Positions 34,586 to 45,749 are shown, counted from the stretch's first letter. The stretch: 64,000 bases of DNA from an uncultured virus (IMG/VR IMGVR_UViG_3300018475_000128) (IMGVR_UViG_3300018475_000128); one strand, 5' to 3'. Program-made: numbers and translations. Notes: generated from the sequence alone by a model not told the origin.

Positions 34586-34622
34586 AAAAAGAAAAGGCCC
34601 TGTCGTAGTGACGGAGCCCTCT
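34586..34622 (-). terminator. late operon terminator after endolysin
   Basis: hairpin plus T run; repeated at 32633-32668. Confidence 0.65.
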
Positions 34623-34634
34623 CTATTTTTTTAA

Positions 34635-35513
34635 TTATACACCGAGAATCTTCTTCCAAGTGTTAAGACCGACTGCTCCATCAGCAACCAAGCCATTCTT
34701 TTTCTGATATGCAATAACTGCATTTCTTGTAGCATTGCCGAATAAACCATCAGCTGTAACGCCAACGGCTTTCTGTACGATTTTAGTGAGATTCTTATTT
34801 GTGTAAGTAAGTCTTTTTTTGCAAATAGCTTTCTTAGCTACAGACTCACACTCAGAACCCCAATCACCATCAGCGCCGTATTTCGGGAATTTGTATCCAT
34901 CTTTAATAGCTGCGTTTTGCCACTCTTTAACTTTATTAGTCTTAGTAGCAGCTTTAACCGGTTCAGCATCATACTTAGGTCTTCCGTAACCATAGATTCG
35001 GCTGTTATTCAAATCGTATGACTTCTTAGCAACGGTACCGCCATTAGCAACAACTCCGCTTTCAGAAGAAGTATTTCCTTCGATAGTGTATACTTTGTCA
35101 GTGGTAACTTTATATACTATACCAGTGTGGCAAGGATTACCCTTTGAATCTTTGAAGAAAATCTGATCTCCGACTTTAGGAGCCGTATAGAAGCAACCAA
35201 TGTTTTTGAAATACTTAGCGGAAAATGTGCAACCAGCACCGCAAGATTTCTTAGGTTGTCCCAAAAGTTCCAATGCTTTAGTTACACCAAATGCTGTAAC
35301 AAAACACCAGTCTACGAAAATATCACACCAAGCAAAACCGTTCTTTTTACCATTGTAGAAGTCAGTATACTTAGTATCGAAATCTCTTGCATATTTGGTA
35401 TAATTCTCATCTCCAGCATTAGCAGTTTTACTATCTAAGTTTTTATTAGTCTCTTTCTCAAGATAACCAACTTCCGCCTCTGCTATTTTAATAAGATCCT
35501 TTGCTGTCGCCAT
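34635..35513 (-). CDS. endolysin, CHAP domain plus peptidoglycan-binding domains
   Basis: AWCDIFVDWC, HTGIV, TIEGNT; ADGLFG...YQKKNGLVADGAVG. Confidence 0.9.
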   Translation of the reverse strand: MATAKDLIKIAEAEVGYLEKETNKNLDSKTANAGDENYTKYARDFDTKYTDFYNGKKNGFAWCDIFVDWCFVTAFGVTKALELLGQPKKSCGAGCTFSAKYFKNIGCFYTAPKVGDQIFFKDSKGNPCHTGIVYKVTTDKVYTIEGNTSSESGVVANGGTVAKKSYDLNNSRIYGYGRPKYDAEPVKAATKTNKVKEWQNAAIKDGYKFPKYGADGDWGSECESVAKKAICKKRLTYTNKNLTKIVQKAVGVTADGLFGNATRNAVIAYQKKNGLVADGAVGLNTWKKILGV

Positions 35514-35515
35514 AC

Positions 35516-35779
35516 TTATTCGCCATCCTTTTCAATAAATTGTTTGAATACTTGATGCAAACCAGTAGAGGCCAAACCAGAAAGAAGGCCTCCAAGTAGG
35601 ATTTCAGGGGTAAAAGAAAAAGCGTTCAACCATACGTTGACGCCTACACCTAAAACTCCCATAATCAAAGGAATATACTTGTTAATTTTGTCTGAAGGGA
35701 TTGCGTGTTTGATGATATATCCTACACACAAGCATACTCCCAAAACAATAAGTACAAGAAAATCGTTTAAAAACTCCAT
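35516..35779 (-). CDS. holin
   Basis: TM segments, NKYIPLI, GLASTGLHQ; upstream of endolysin. Confidence 0.8.
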   Translation of the reverse strand: MEFLNDFLVLIVLGVCLCVGYIIKHAIPSDKINKYIPLIMGVLGVGVNVWLNAFSFTPEILLGGLLSGLASTGLHQVFKQFIEKDGE

Positions 35780-35806
35780 TTTGACTTTCTCCTTTCTAAA
35801 TATTAT

Positions 35807-36229
35807 TTATAGAAACTTATTTTCTTTTAAACAGGTTTGATAAGTCTGCTCGATTAGAGCAATTGTTACCGGGGCTTTATCGTTATGATAATTTGGGTGG
35901 CTATCACAGTATTGCTTGTATTCAGCAATATCTAGTAATATTTGATCAAAGCGTTCTTGGCTATGATTAATACCTAAACGTATCTCATCTCCAAAAGCGA
36001 GTATGTGTGATCGACTTAAGGAAGCCCACTTATCATCGTCGTCTGCTTTATTATTAGCTACGTCGTTTGTAAGCGTTTCCACTTTTTCTAGAACCTCGCC
36101 ATTAATAGCCCGCCCAATTACTTTACCGAGCCAGCTCCAGGGGTTTATTTTAATTGGTGTTATTTGTACAAGTGTCATTAATACAAATAAACCTCCGCCA
36201 CCGTATGTAAGAATTTCTGCTAGTGTCAT
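35807..36229 (-). CDS. lysis-module membrane protein (holin-like)
   Basis: TM + QITPIKINPWSWLG, ILAFGDE, YCDSHP. Confidence 0.6.
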   Translation of the reverse strand: MTLAEILTYGGGGLFVLMTLVQITPIKINPWSWLGKVIGRAINGEVLEKVETLTNDVANNKADDDDKWASLSRSHILAFGDEIRLGINHSQERFDQILLDIAEYKQYCDSHPNYHNDKAPVTIALIEQTYQTCLKENKFL

Positions 36230-36246
36230 TTTTTATTCACCCCTTA

Positions 36247-38316
36247 TTATGCTATTCTTTTCCACATATATGTAGTTCCGCCTTTAGCAAAGGCTTTTAC
36301 GTGTAATGTCGATTTAGTTCCAGCAACACCTGGATTCATAGAGCCTCCGTATGTACTCCATAGAGGATTAACAAAGAAATCCGTACCGGTATCTAAGTTT
36401 GATACGTTATACATATATGTGGTTGCGGCTCCGGAATATGATCCGTTAACAGCCATCAATCCTTGACCTCCAGTAAGAATCACCGATGATGGTAATGTAT
36501 TCTTGTTTTCGTCATGAAACCATATTCCGATGCATCCCGAATTTATCATTCCGGATATCTCGATGTATGCTTCTACAAGTCCAACGATACCTTTTGTTTG
36601 CACCCATATTGTTCCGGAACTAGGCGTAAAAATATCGGGTATGTAATTCGTAATATTACTAGCATATACTCCACCGCCCAAGATATCGGAAAAACCATAA
36701 GATTGTTCCTTAGATGCAACCAATGAACTCGCTTTATCATTCCAAGCAGAACCGTGTGCGACTAATTCGCCGCCATAAAACGTGCGCATTAATTGCCAAG
36801 TTCCACCGAATAATTCTCCTGGATTGATGTTTTCAGTAGAAGTAAATATACCACCAATAGGATAATAGCCCATCGGATTTCCTTCTTTAAAGACCGGCAC
36901 ATTGAAATTAAAATCGTTTTCTCCCCAGTCGAATGCTGGTATTATTTTAATGATTATATCTTTTGTATATATACCGCCGGCATCAAAAAATATGCTATCT
37001 GAAGCTCTGACTTGGATAGTGTATATATCCCGATAATCTGAAATAGTAATAGTTGCTTCTGCACTATAGTTTCCGTCAGCTATACTAGTATCATTATCAT
37101 CTCTAGTTATACGTTCCCACGATCCATAATCAGCATCATTTTTACCTTTATATCTATATTCTATATAAAAATCATTACGGACCGTTTTTGCAGAATCAAA
37201 AAATCCATCGTAATACGTACCATTAATATGTAGCTTTATATTAGCGGTATTATCTGATTGTAAATCTTTTTCAACATCTACTCTACACGTAAGCGGTGTA
37301 TATTCAATAAAAGACGGTTTTGTAATTTCTCTTTCTACTCTATTTCCTCTATCATCTACAACAATAAGTTTAAATACGTTACTATCCACATTTTCAAGAT
37401 GAATATCATTACCTATAGCAGTAGCACTTTTTGAGCCACACACAACGGTTTTGCTAACTATAGTAGCATTTTTTTTACTAGTAGCATTAAACTCAACTAT
37501 CGGATAATTAAAATACTTAATTATGGTATTTCTATCGGCAGTCAATTTATACGATCCATCGCCCATATCTTTAACAGTCGGATTTAGTTCTGGTTCGCAG
37601 TTTATGACTGTGCATCTCTTAACCGGAGATATATCATATTCGAAGCTATTACCCATCCACGTAGCTAATTCAAACGTGACATTTACATATGTGCTTTTGT
37701 TTTTAATAGTTTCAGTCCAGATATATGATTGGATCTGATCTAAAGGAAATGTATATGAGTCTTTAGTTCCATCTATAATTCTCCATGAGGTTATAGCTGT
37801 ATCGCCGCACATGATACGGGCTTGTAATTCTAAAGCACTACCAGCTGGATGATTGAAATATATAGTAGGAGCTGTTTCGTCATCGAAATCCGATACGCCG
37901 TTTGACTTAAAAGTTGCTTTACGTGGGATAGAAGTAAGTGTACCTGTACTACTACCACTTACGCTATTTATTCGATTACCACTAAATGTTATTCCAAAAT
38001 ACTGACTGAAAGAATAAGAGAATTCTTTAGTACCATCCGAGTTATGATATATAGTGGTATAACCAGAAGCCAATTCTTTGGTAGTGTTATTATTAATGGA
38101 TACATTATTGGTACCTTCATAATAACTGCCGTTTACGTTTACCCACCATGACTTTGCAGCGGACGATTGCATAGCGCCATAAGAAGTTGATATTAACTCT
38201 AATTTCCAACCTATTGTTGTATAGTTGTAAGCTATAGATTGTTCACTTTCCCACCACTGGAACCGTAAAGTATCCCAATTAGTGACCCATTCATCTCTAA
38301 ATCCACTCATGCCCAT
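36247..38316 (-). CDS. tail tip/receptor-binding protein (DUF859-like N-terminus)
   Basis: SIAYNYTTI...YHNSDGTK...LTSIPRKA; YPIGGIFTS...PGELFGGTW...YMWKRIA. Confidence 0.7.
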   Translation of the reverse strand: MGMSGFRDEWVTNWDTLRFQWWESEQSIAYNYTTIGWKLELISTSYGAMQSSAAKSWWVNVNGSYYEGTNNVSINNNTTKELASGYTTIYHNSDGTKEFSYSFSQYFGITFSGNRINSVSGSSTGTLTSIPRKATFKSNGVSDFDDETAPTIYFNHPAGSALELQARIMCGDTAITSWRIIDGTKDSYTFPLDQIQSYIWTETIKNKSTYVNVTFELATWMGNSFEYDISPVKRCTVINCEPELNPTVKDMGDGSYKLTADRNTIIKYFNYPIVEFNATSKKNATIVSKTVVCGSKSATAIGNDIHLENVDSNVFKLIVVDDRGNRVEREITKPSFIEYTPLTCRVDVEKDLQSDNTANIKLHINGTYYDGFFDSAKTVRNDFYIEYRYKGKNDADYGSWERITRDDNDTSIADGNYSAEATITISDYRDIYTIQVRASDSIFFDAGGIYTKDIIIKIIPAFDWGENDFNFNVPVFKEGNPMGYYPIGGIFTSTENINPGELFGGTWQLMRTFYGGELVAHGSAWNDKASSLVASKEQSYGFSDILGGGVYASNITNYIPDIFTPSSGTIWVQTKGIVGLVEAYIEISGMINSGCIGIWFHDENKNTLPSSVILTGGQGLMAVNGSYSGAATTYMYNVSNLDTGTDFFVNPLWSTYGGSMNPGVAGTKSTLHVKAFAKGGTTYMWKRIA

Positions 38317-38320
38317 TTAA

Positions 38321-40972
38321 TCATTCTCCTATCCAGAAACATGCCGTACGTTTATTACCATCGATATCTGTGTAATTTTCAAATCGACTTCTACCGCCCA
38401 CTATTAAATATGTTGTTGCGTTTAGGTTTTCTGCATCAACACCATCTTTATTTGCAGTAAGAACCGGATCGCCAGTAGCATTATTATTTACTGTCATACC
38501 ATTTTCGGTAATTTTAGTGTTTGTAGGACTTATAGATTTACCAGTTTCATCTTTCTTATCTACGGTCATACCGTCATCGTCAAATACAAAACCGGTTTTA
38601 GTAACAACTTTAGATGAACCATTCTTTATAGCGTTTTCTATTTCTATCTGTAGTTTTTCATCAGTTATAGATAACGCAACTTCGTTATACAGTTCTTTAA
38701 TATCCTTGTTAATATTATCAATATTATCGTTAACATTATCAATCTTATCATTTGTTGACGCTGTTAATGAAGTGACGGAGGCATTTATAGCATCAGTGGT
38801 CACGCTTAATGCGGATATCTGTTCGTTGAGTTCATCATTAGTAGCCATATCTTCCGGTGCTGGTGTCCAGTCCGTAACTTTATCACCACGTTCTAACTTA
38901 GTCCAATGTATTGTAGCGCTTTCAGATTCGGGGTATACATACAGCTCTATATTAGCGTGACTAAGTTCGTCTACTGGAGTTTCAGCTGGTAGTGTGAACG
39001 TATTAGTTAATGTTTGTTTTCCTGACTCTCCCGTAGAAGCGACGTATTTTTCATAAGGTAATACTGTAGATCCAGCATTGATCATGGGTCTGTACGTTCT
39101 ATTTTCAACGGTGTCGCCTGCATCAACAGCAAGGGTAATATTTTGAAGGGTCCATCCTTCACCCCAAGTAAAAGGCTGATTAATTTTGGTAATATATTGT
39201 CTTGTACCAGAAGAATCGTAGTATCTAAATAGAATATCACCACTTGTAGGTTTACCATCAGCATAATTTTCACCATCGGATATGATATAGGTAACACCTG
39301 CTTTAAAATCTGGGACTATCTTAGGATCGGAATCTCCATCTGAAATATAAAATTCTACTCTGCTGGCGCTAGTATTAGTACCATTAACAGTAATACTTCC
39401 ATCGCCATTATCCGTAAATGTTACGCCGCTTTGTGTAAATGATACGTCGGTTGATATGTCTGTATTATATCTTTTACCTTTATACGGATATGGTAGTATA
39501 TTATTGCATTTAACCGGACGGAAAGTACATAAAACTTCAGATATATTAAATGCTTGCATATTGATATAATCAATATCCGTAGCTGGAGAACAGCATAATG
39601 ACATTGTATACTTCTCGCCAGCGATCATAGGTTCCGATAAATCATATTGTAGTATACTAGATGATCCGTCGGTTGTTTGCTCAGTATCGCTTTTTTTTAT
39701 CAGGTTCCTACCGCCGATAACCATTTTATCGACTGTGGATATACTGAGTTTATAATTACCATTTTCATCCTTTGCGTATTTTATATAGTTACTATCATCT
39801 CCGAGTGCTAATTGTCCTTTGTCGTCCATATAAAGACCACGAGTGGTGTTATCGACTGAATTTTTTACACCGGAGTATATAGAATGATCTCCTATTTTGA
39901 AACCACCGATTGTAGCACCAAAAGCGACTAAGTCCGTGACCGCTATTTTTTCAGCTACTATTGATTTTTTAACTAGTACACTGCCGTGTATAGAGTCTTC
40001 CTCAACAGGAGTAACTCCAGGCATAGCTGTAAAGTCCGTGTTTAAAGCATAGTAATTTCCATCACTACCCTTTACTACTAATCTATCAGCTTTTAGTGTA
40101 CCCGCTTCAATCAAATCGCCTTTGATCGTTACGCCCACTAATTCGCCAGTAATCTTACCTTCCTTCACTATCAAATCATTGATGATACCAGAATCGGTAA
40201 ATAATTTTGTAATCGCTGCTTCACCTATATTAGCGAAGTCGATATTGGCGTATTTAAGATTTGCATTCAGAGCGTCTAAAAAAGTGATGCTAGCATCTTC
40301 TGCCATTAACTTTTTTATAGCTGCGGTATCTGCGATAAGACTTAATACATCAATAGTACCGGCTTTGAGATGCTCTATAATAGCTTCATCGGCGATAACT
40401 ACATCAGCATCTATTTTTGTTGCTACTAAATCAGTGATTGTTGCTTTCTTAGTTACAAGTTTGCCAATCTCAGCATCCTTAGCTATCAATTCAGCCACAC
40501 TTACTATGGCTGCTGCTAAACTACCGAGATTAGCTTTATCGGCAGTTAGGTCTTTAAAATAAGCTTTATCTGCTTGTATTTGTTCACCAACTGCTATATC
40601 AAATTGTGTTATTTGTTTTTCAATATCTTTGTTACCAGCAGCTGGAGATGATATGTTACCAGTGACTGTCGCTGTGTGGTTCTTGATCAATACCGATGCT
40701 CTATCACCATAATTAGTATTAATCATGGCGTTTGCTTCTTTTGGATCAACATCAGTATCGGTAATGGGTATTAACTGATCTGAACCATCGGGTTTGATAT
40801 ATTTACCGCCTGATTCATCGATAACGATTTCGTTACCGTCTTTATCTTTATCACCAGGTTTATGTCCTTGCTGGTCCACAACAGTTCCATATATGGTTGA
40901 CTCGGTGGTTTGTTTTTTATCGGAATTCACCAGTTTGGCAAATTGAGATATTATTTCATGAGACAAAGCCAC
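38321..40972 (-). CDS. minor tail protein with carbohydrate-binding-like insert
   Basis: beta-helix-like repeats, GATIGGF, GRNLIK...ERGDKVTDWTPAPED. Confidence 0.7.
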   Translation of the reverse strand: MALSHEIISQFAKLVNSDKKQTTESTIYGTVVDQQGHKPGDKDKDGNEIVIDESGGKYIKPDGSDQLIPITDTDVDPKEANAMINTNYGDRASVLIKNHTATVTGNISSPAAGNKDIEKQITQFDIAVGEQIQADKAYFKDLTADKANLGSLAAAIVSVAELIAKDAEIGKLVTKKATITDLVATKIDADVVIADEAIIEHLKAGTIDVLSLIADTAAIKKLMAEDASITFLDALNANLKYANIDFANIGEAAITKLFTDSGIINDLIVKEGKITGELVGVTIKGDLIEAGTLKADRLVVKGSDGNYYALNTDFTAMPGVTPVEEDSIHGSVLVKKSIVAEKIAVTDLVAFGATIGGFKIGDHSIYSGVKNSVDNTTRGLYMDDKGQLALGDDSNYIKYAKDENGNYKLSISTVDKMVIGGRNLIKKSDTEQTTDGSSSILQYDLSEPMIAGEKYTMSLCCSPATDIDYINMQAFNISEVLCTFRPVKCNNILPYPYKGKRYNTDISTDVSFTQSGVTFTDNGDGSITVNGTNTSASRVEFYISDGDSDPKIVPDFKAGVTYIISDGENYADGKPTSGDILFRYYDSSGTRQYITKINQPFTWGEGWTLQNITLAVDAGDTVENRTYRPMINAGSTVLPYEKYVASTGESGKQTLTNTFTLPAETPVDELSHANIELYVYPESESATIHWTKLERGDKVTDWTPAPEDMATNDELNEQISALSVTTDAINASVTSLTASTNDKIDNVNDNIDNINKDIKELYNEVALSITDEKLQIEIENAIKNGSSKVVTKTGFVFDDDGMTVDKKDETGKSISPTNTKITENGMTVNNNATGDPVLTANKDGVDAENLNATTYLIVGGRSRFENYTDIDGNKRTACFWIGE

Positions 40973-40978
40973 AACATA

Positions 40979-42550
40979 TCACCTCCATAATTTTGATTTA
41001 AATACTGCTTTCTCAGACACCTGACAACCAGGTTCTGCTTTTATGTTTTGGCTAATAACTTTAGCCTTAATACCTGTTATACCTGCACGGGTATAATTTA
41101 ATCGTACGCAATCCCCTATACGAACAGGACAATAAGCATGTGTATAACTTACTGTATATTCGAGAGTGGATAGCTCTTTTAACAATCTTTCCGCATAAGC
41201 GTCGATTTGTTCTTGAGATTGATAGCCACGTAAACTAGGACTAGTATCTCGATATGGTATTGTTCTACCTCGACTTACTGTTGAAGTCGGGCTATTAGGA
41301 TCGTCATTTATAGCGACCGCTTCTTTATAGTCTCCGCCGTATGAATAGATGACTTCTACTTTATTAGGAATACCATATAAATCATGGTTTACGGTTATTT
41401 CAGGCAAGAGAATAGAACTGTTACTATCATCAAACGTCCAAATCGGTTGTATTGATTCCAGCTCTTGTTTTGGTAAGAATAGAATGTTGCCTTTTTCTCC
41501 CAAGCCTAATTCATATTTAGCATTTGCTATAAGGTCTGTAACAAACGATAAAACTGTATCGTTAGTATTAGATACGAAATCATATTGTAGAGTTGGAGAA
41601 AGGTCTTCTGTTTCAAACCACGGTTCATACTCAGTTGCTACAGAGCCTTTTTCCACTTGGATGTTTTTGTAATAGACATCACCAGATGATACGCCAGATG
41701 CTAACCTAAAAACAACGACCAATACATAACAATTCTCAGGCGTAGTTACGGTGAATATGTTCTTGCTGGTCGAATAGTCAGATATGTAATATCCTTGCTT
41801 GTCGAAATATGATATGGATAAAATAGAAATATCGTTTTTCTCACCGATACTTATAGTATATTTCGTATTTGGTTCTACCTCAATTGGTAAACCAACTCCA
41901 TTATATATTATTGTACAACTAATATCGTTATTCGAAATAACTACATTATAGTACCCAGCATCGACTCCATAACTGATGTAATTATTGTTTCTAGCTAAAC
42001 CGGGATAATATTTATCAAACTCAAATTGTCTTTGAACACCGGCTCCAGAACCACTAAGTTTACCCACCGTACGATTTCCCAGATTCAATAGGTTCTTACT
42101 TTTTTTAATTATGGGTTCGATTTTATTTACCGGAACTCTGCAATTTTTACTAACCAGATCGTATGCGGCATCCATAATACGAGTGCCTTTACGAACTGTA
42201 TATCCGAGAGGTAAAGGTTTCTCTTTCAACTCGATTAATGGTGTATAACAGTCCATTGAGACATTTGTAACCATACCGTCAAAAGAGGAAGAGGGCGTCT
42301 GAGACAACACCGTTCCTAATGGAAACTTTTCAGTAACTCCATTTTGAACTGTTTTCAGATACCCTCTTATATAACTTTCACCAAATGAATTTGTAACATC
42401 GATAGTAGCAGATCCGAGTGTTTGAGAGTCAGAATCTCTACTAAATGATGCACTTTTTACGTTGTCTAAACGTTTTACGTCCGCTAATGTAGTCGGTTCA
42501 ACCGTATAATATTCAAACGATTGCTCCATAGATTTAGTCCAATCGGGCAT
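40979..42550 (-). CDS. tail hub/Tal-like protein
   Basis: position after Dit-like gene; PNKVEV, PVRIGDCVRL. Confidence 0.65.
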   Translation of the reverse strand: MPDWTKSMEQSFEYYTVEPTTLADVKRLDNVKSASFSRDSDSQTLGSATIDVTNSFGESYIRGYLKTVQNGVTEKFPLGTVLSQTPSSSFDGMVTNVSMDCYTPLIELKEKPLPLGYTVRKGTRIMDAAYDLVSKNCRVPVNKIEPIIKKSKNLLNLGNRTVGKLSGSGAGVQRQFEFDKYYPGLARNNNYISYGVDAGYYNVVISNNDISCTIIYNGVGLPIEVEPNTKYTISIGEKNDISILSISYFDKQGYYISDYSTSKNIFTVTTPENCYVLVVVFRLASGVSSGDVYYKNIQVEKGSVATEYEPWFETEDLSPTLQYDFVSNTNDTVLSFVTDLIANAKYELGLGEKGNILFLPKQELESIQPIWTFDDSNSSILLPEITVNHDLYGIPNKVEVIYSYGGDYKEAVAINDDPNSPTSTVSRGRTIPYRDTSPSLRGYQSQEQIDAYAERLLKELSTLEYTVSYTHAYCPVRIGDCVRLNYTRAGITGIKAKVISQNIKAEPGCQVSEKAVFKSKLWR

Positions 42551-42551
42551 A

Positions 42552-45500
42552 TTATACTCCTCCCTCTACACGAGTAACGCTAAGTGTAATCGGTATTTTT
42601 ACGTCATTATATGACTTATTAAATGAAACTTCGATATTAGCCCAGAAGCCCATACCGGATGGCTCTCTGACATAAACATTACCAGACCACATAGATAATC
42701 TGCGTAATGCATAAATAGTTTCTTTATCATATGCTGGAATATCGACGTTCCATTGAGAGGTTTCGTTAATTTGAGTTCCATAGTAACTAACCGGATATTC
42801 ACGACCAGCATATTTGACTAATGTCTTATCTCGTTTACGTTTATCAGAGATCTTAATATTGTATGGTAATCTCAACAATGATCCTGACCACGATGGACCT
42901 TCTATAACTGTAGATTCACCAACATCAAATGTAGACCATTCTTCATCCCACTGAATTATTACAGCGGAACCTTTTACCGGATAACCAGCCATGTCCCAGA
43001 AGCTTAAAGCACCTGTAACCTGGTCTTTAGCCGTAAAACGATATCTAGCATAATCTAATGCTGGATGTGGATCTGTAACACTAGTCTTATTGTTAGGGAT
43101 ACCGCTAGCGATTTCTTTATAACTTCCGTCATATTCTCTACGATAGACAGCAAGAGTTACATTATTGACCAAATTACCGTCTTCGTATGTTTCGTAATAT
43201 TCCTCATATTCGGTTGCTTCTGAACCGAGTTCGATTTGGAAATCTCGGAATTGCACGTAAGTACCGTCATTTTCGTTGGTCATGGTATATAGCTGTGCTC
43301 TCATCACATCCTGAGTATATGTTCTGGTAATTGATGGCTTATCCAGTCCAATATACACTGATGTTCCATCCGCCATATACAACCGAAGTAATAGCACACT
43401 TTCCGTTGTACGAGCAATTTCTGTATGCGATATTACTATAGCGGTGTTAGCTGGAATATGAATATCAAATATCTCTGATAGACGATCGGTGGTGTTTATA
43501 TGTGTAATAGTATAAATACCATCACCGTCTGAGGTAAGCACTGAATTAGTCATAGCATCAATATTTATTAAATTCTTACCACCTGGTCCAACTGGAACAC
43601 GCTCAAGACAATACGGAGTTATTAAAGCTGTATAAGCATCGTTATTAATACTTATATCAGCGTTTATCGCATATTCAACGTCAACCCAACTTACGGTAAA
43701 ATCGTGTTGATTACCTACTGCTAAACCAGTACTCATATCAGCATTACAATAAATTGTATACCGCATTCCAGATTCTAAATCAATATTATTAGCAGACATC
43801 TCAACAAGTAATGCGTTAGATACATCTACAAACGAATCAAATGACGTATCAAAATATTTAGAATATACAGCATCGCCAGGATTTACAGTCTTAGTTCGAC
43901 CAATATCATCTACGGTTACATAGTAATCATTAGATACTATTCTTAGATGATAACCAACTGGTCTCTGTATAGTATAATCTGTAAGAGAAAGAGTACCTCG
44001 AACATAGAAAGGAAATCCTGTTAATGTCTCAACTATTCCCCCAGTTCCATCCATTGCCTTAGTTACAGACAGCTCAAGGGTTGGTTTCTCATAGATATAA
44101 ATGGTACGTGGTGCAGACCATTTGTCATCACTGACTGTATCTGTAATACCAGCGGTTCTAACCTTCCATTGAATTTTAGCATTTGTAAATGCATTAGTAT
44201 CCATTTTGAAGTACATGTTACCTTTATAGGAAACTGCGGTGCCGTATCCATATATTTTCTCATCTATTCTTTCGCCAGTTGTATCGGCATCGGTTGTATT
44301 TGTAAGAGTGTATGATACAGCATCATTATCGCCGACTTTGATCCATAATTCTGCTAAAGATTGTTTGGAATTATCGGTTGGCATATGCACCCAGTTCAAT
44401 TCCATAGGCGTGTAGTCTACATATTTATTACCGTCTTCGTCAGTACGATAAGTAGTATCTCCAGAAAACGCCGAGTCTGATGTAGACCAAGTACTTGGGG
44501 CATCTGGAATCGAACCGACTGGAATCGACACAATATTAGACGGTTCAGATTTTTTATTATCTGAATCTTTTATATCGTCGTTTACGGCTCGAACTCTAAA
44601 GAAGAATTCCTTACCTAATTGATCATTTGAGAATACAATATCTATAGTAGTCCTATCGTCTTCGGTTGATTTGGGCGTAAAGTTACCCGTTCCGTTATCG
44701 AAGTCTGCTTTAATATTTGTATACTCAATTTCATAATATGTAGCATTAGGTACAGCAGTCCATTCGAGATGTGCCGCTTGAGAATTATCTTCGACTCGTT
44801 TAACTCTCCTACACGAATCTTCTATAAGGGTAGGAGCGGACGGTTTAGTCGCTGCTTCTTCAGAAAACTCAGTCCATCCGCTCTCTTTTCCGTTTGCACC
44901 AACTGATTTAGCTCGAACCGTATAATTAGATCCAAGCGATACAGTATAGGTATGAGATACTTTGCCATAATCATCAGTAACCGCCACTATCGGAATTTTA
45001 GGAGACGTATATATAGCTGATGTATTGTCTTTTACAACTTGAAAAACTATATACGACGCGTCTAATTTATTCGGGATGTTGGCGATTTCCATCGTCAAGG
45101 TCGTATCTTCTATTTTACATGTCGGTTTATTTGGCGTCTTAGGAGGATTCTCGGCGAATCGATATGTAGCACCTATTCTGTCAGCAGTCCAATATGGGCC
45201 AATATCTTTACCATCCTTGTCTTTCATTTGCTTAGCGATCGGAGTTATGAAGACTTGTGCAAATGTTGTTTTTTCAGGAAACTCTTCTGGAATACTGAAT
45301 GACGCCCAAGTATCTGTTACGTCTGTAGTCGTATACTTGGTCTCATATCCATTTGGCATTGATGCGTTTGGATAATCCCACTCCCATTGAAGTTCATATT
45401 TTTCAAGATTATCACCGTGTTTATGCCAGTTCCAAATAGCAACTACATCACGTCCAGACTCGCTATCGGCCTTAAGTCCGAACTCCGTTATAACAACGTG

Positions 45501-45746
45501 ATTCGGAGGCGCTGTAGATGACTGAGTGGATGAGGAGGACGTAGTTCCACTCGCAGTGCCTGATAAAGTAAGTATTTGTCCAACACGTATTAGATTTGGA
45601 TTTGGTATACTATTTAACTCAACCAGCGTGTTTATTTTGGCATTTATGGTGTTACCGGAAATAACTGACGCATCAGCGTTGGTCTTACCGGCACATATTT
45701 TCCATAATGAATCGCCAGATTTAACTGTATAAGTTATAGATGCCAT
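42552..45746 (-). CDS. distal tail protein with LysM and fibronectin type III domains
   Basis: YTVKSGDSLWKI...NPNLIRVGQIL; YTVRAKSV...SGW, FRVRAVN. Confidence 0.75.
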   Translation of the reverse strand: MASITYTVKSGDSLWKICAGKTNADASVISGNTINAKINTLVELNSIPNPNLIRVGQILTLSGTASGTTSSSSTQSSTAPPNHVVITEFGLKADSESGRDVVAIWNWHKHGDNLEKYELQWEWDYPNASMPNGYETKYTTTDVTDTWASFSIPEEFPEKTTFAQVFITPIAKQMKDKDGKDIGPYWTADRIGATYRFAENPPKTPNKPTCKIEDTTLTMEIANIPNKLDASYIVFQVVKDNTSAIYTSPKIPIVAVTDDYGKVSHTYTVSLGSNYTVRAKSVGANGKESGWTEFSEEAATKPSAPTLIEDSCRRVKRVEDNSQAAHLEWTAVPNATYYEIEYTNIKADFDNGTGNFTPKSTEDDRTTIDIVFSNDQLGKEFFFRVRAVNDDIKDSDNKKSEPSNIVSIPVGSIPDAPSTWSTSDSAFSGDTTYRTDEDGNKYVDYTPMELNWVHMPTDNSKQSLAELWIKVGDNDAVSYTLTNTTDADTTGERIDEKIYGYGTAVSYKGNMYFKMDTNAFTNAKIQWKVRTAGITDTVSDDKWSAPRTIYIYEKPTLELSVTKAMDGTGGIVETLTGFPFYVRGTLSLTDYTIQRPVGYHLRIVSNDYYVTVDDIGRTKTVNPGDAVYSKYFDTSFDSFVDVSNALLVEMSANNIDLESGMRYTIYCNADMSTGLAVGNQHDFTVSWVDVEYAINADISINNDAYTALITPYCLERVPVGPGGKNLINIDAMTNSVLTSDGDGIYTITHINTTDRLSEIFDIHIPANTAIVISHTEIARTTESVLLLRLYMADGTSVYIGLDKPSITRTYTQDVMRAQLYTMTNENDGTYVQFRDFQIELGSEATEYEEYYETYEDGNLVNNVTLAVYRREYDGSYKEIASGIPNNKTSVTDPHPALDYARYRFTAKDQVTGALSFWDMAGYPVKGSAVIIQWDEEWSTFDVGESTVIEGPSWSGSLLRLPYNIKISDKRKRDKTLVKYAGREYPVSYYGTQINETSQWNVDIPAYDKETIYALRRLSMWSGNVYVREPSGMGFWANIEVSFNKSYNDVKIPITLSVTRVEGGV

Positions 45747-45749
45747 ACA

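Noticed and set aside
36247..38316. diversity-generating retroelement target in the tail tip gene
   Set aside because: No reverse transcriptase and no template/variable repeat pair seen in this window
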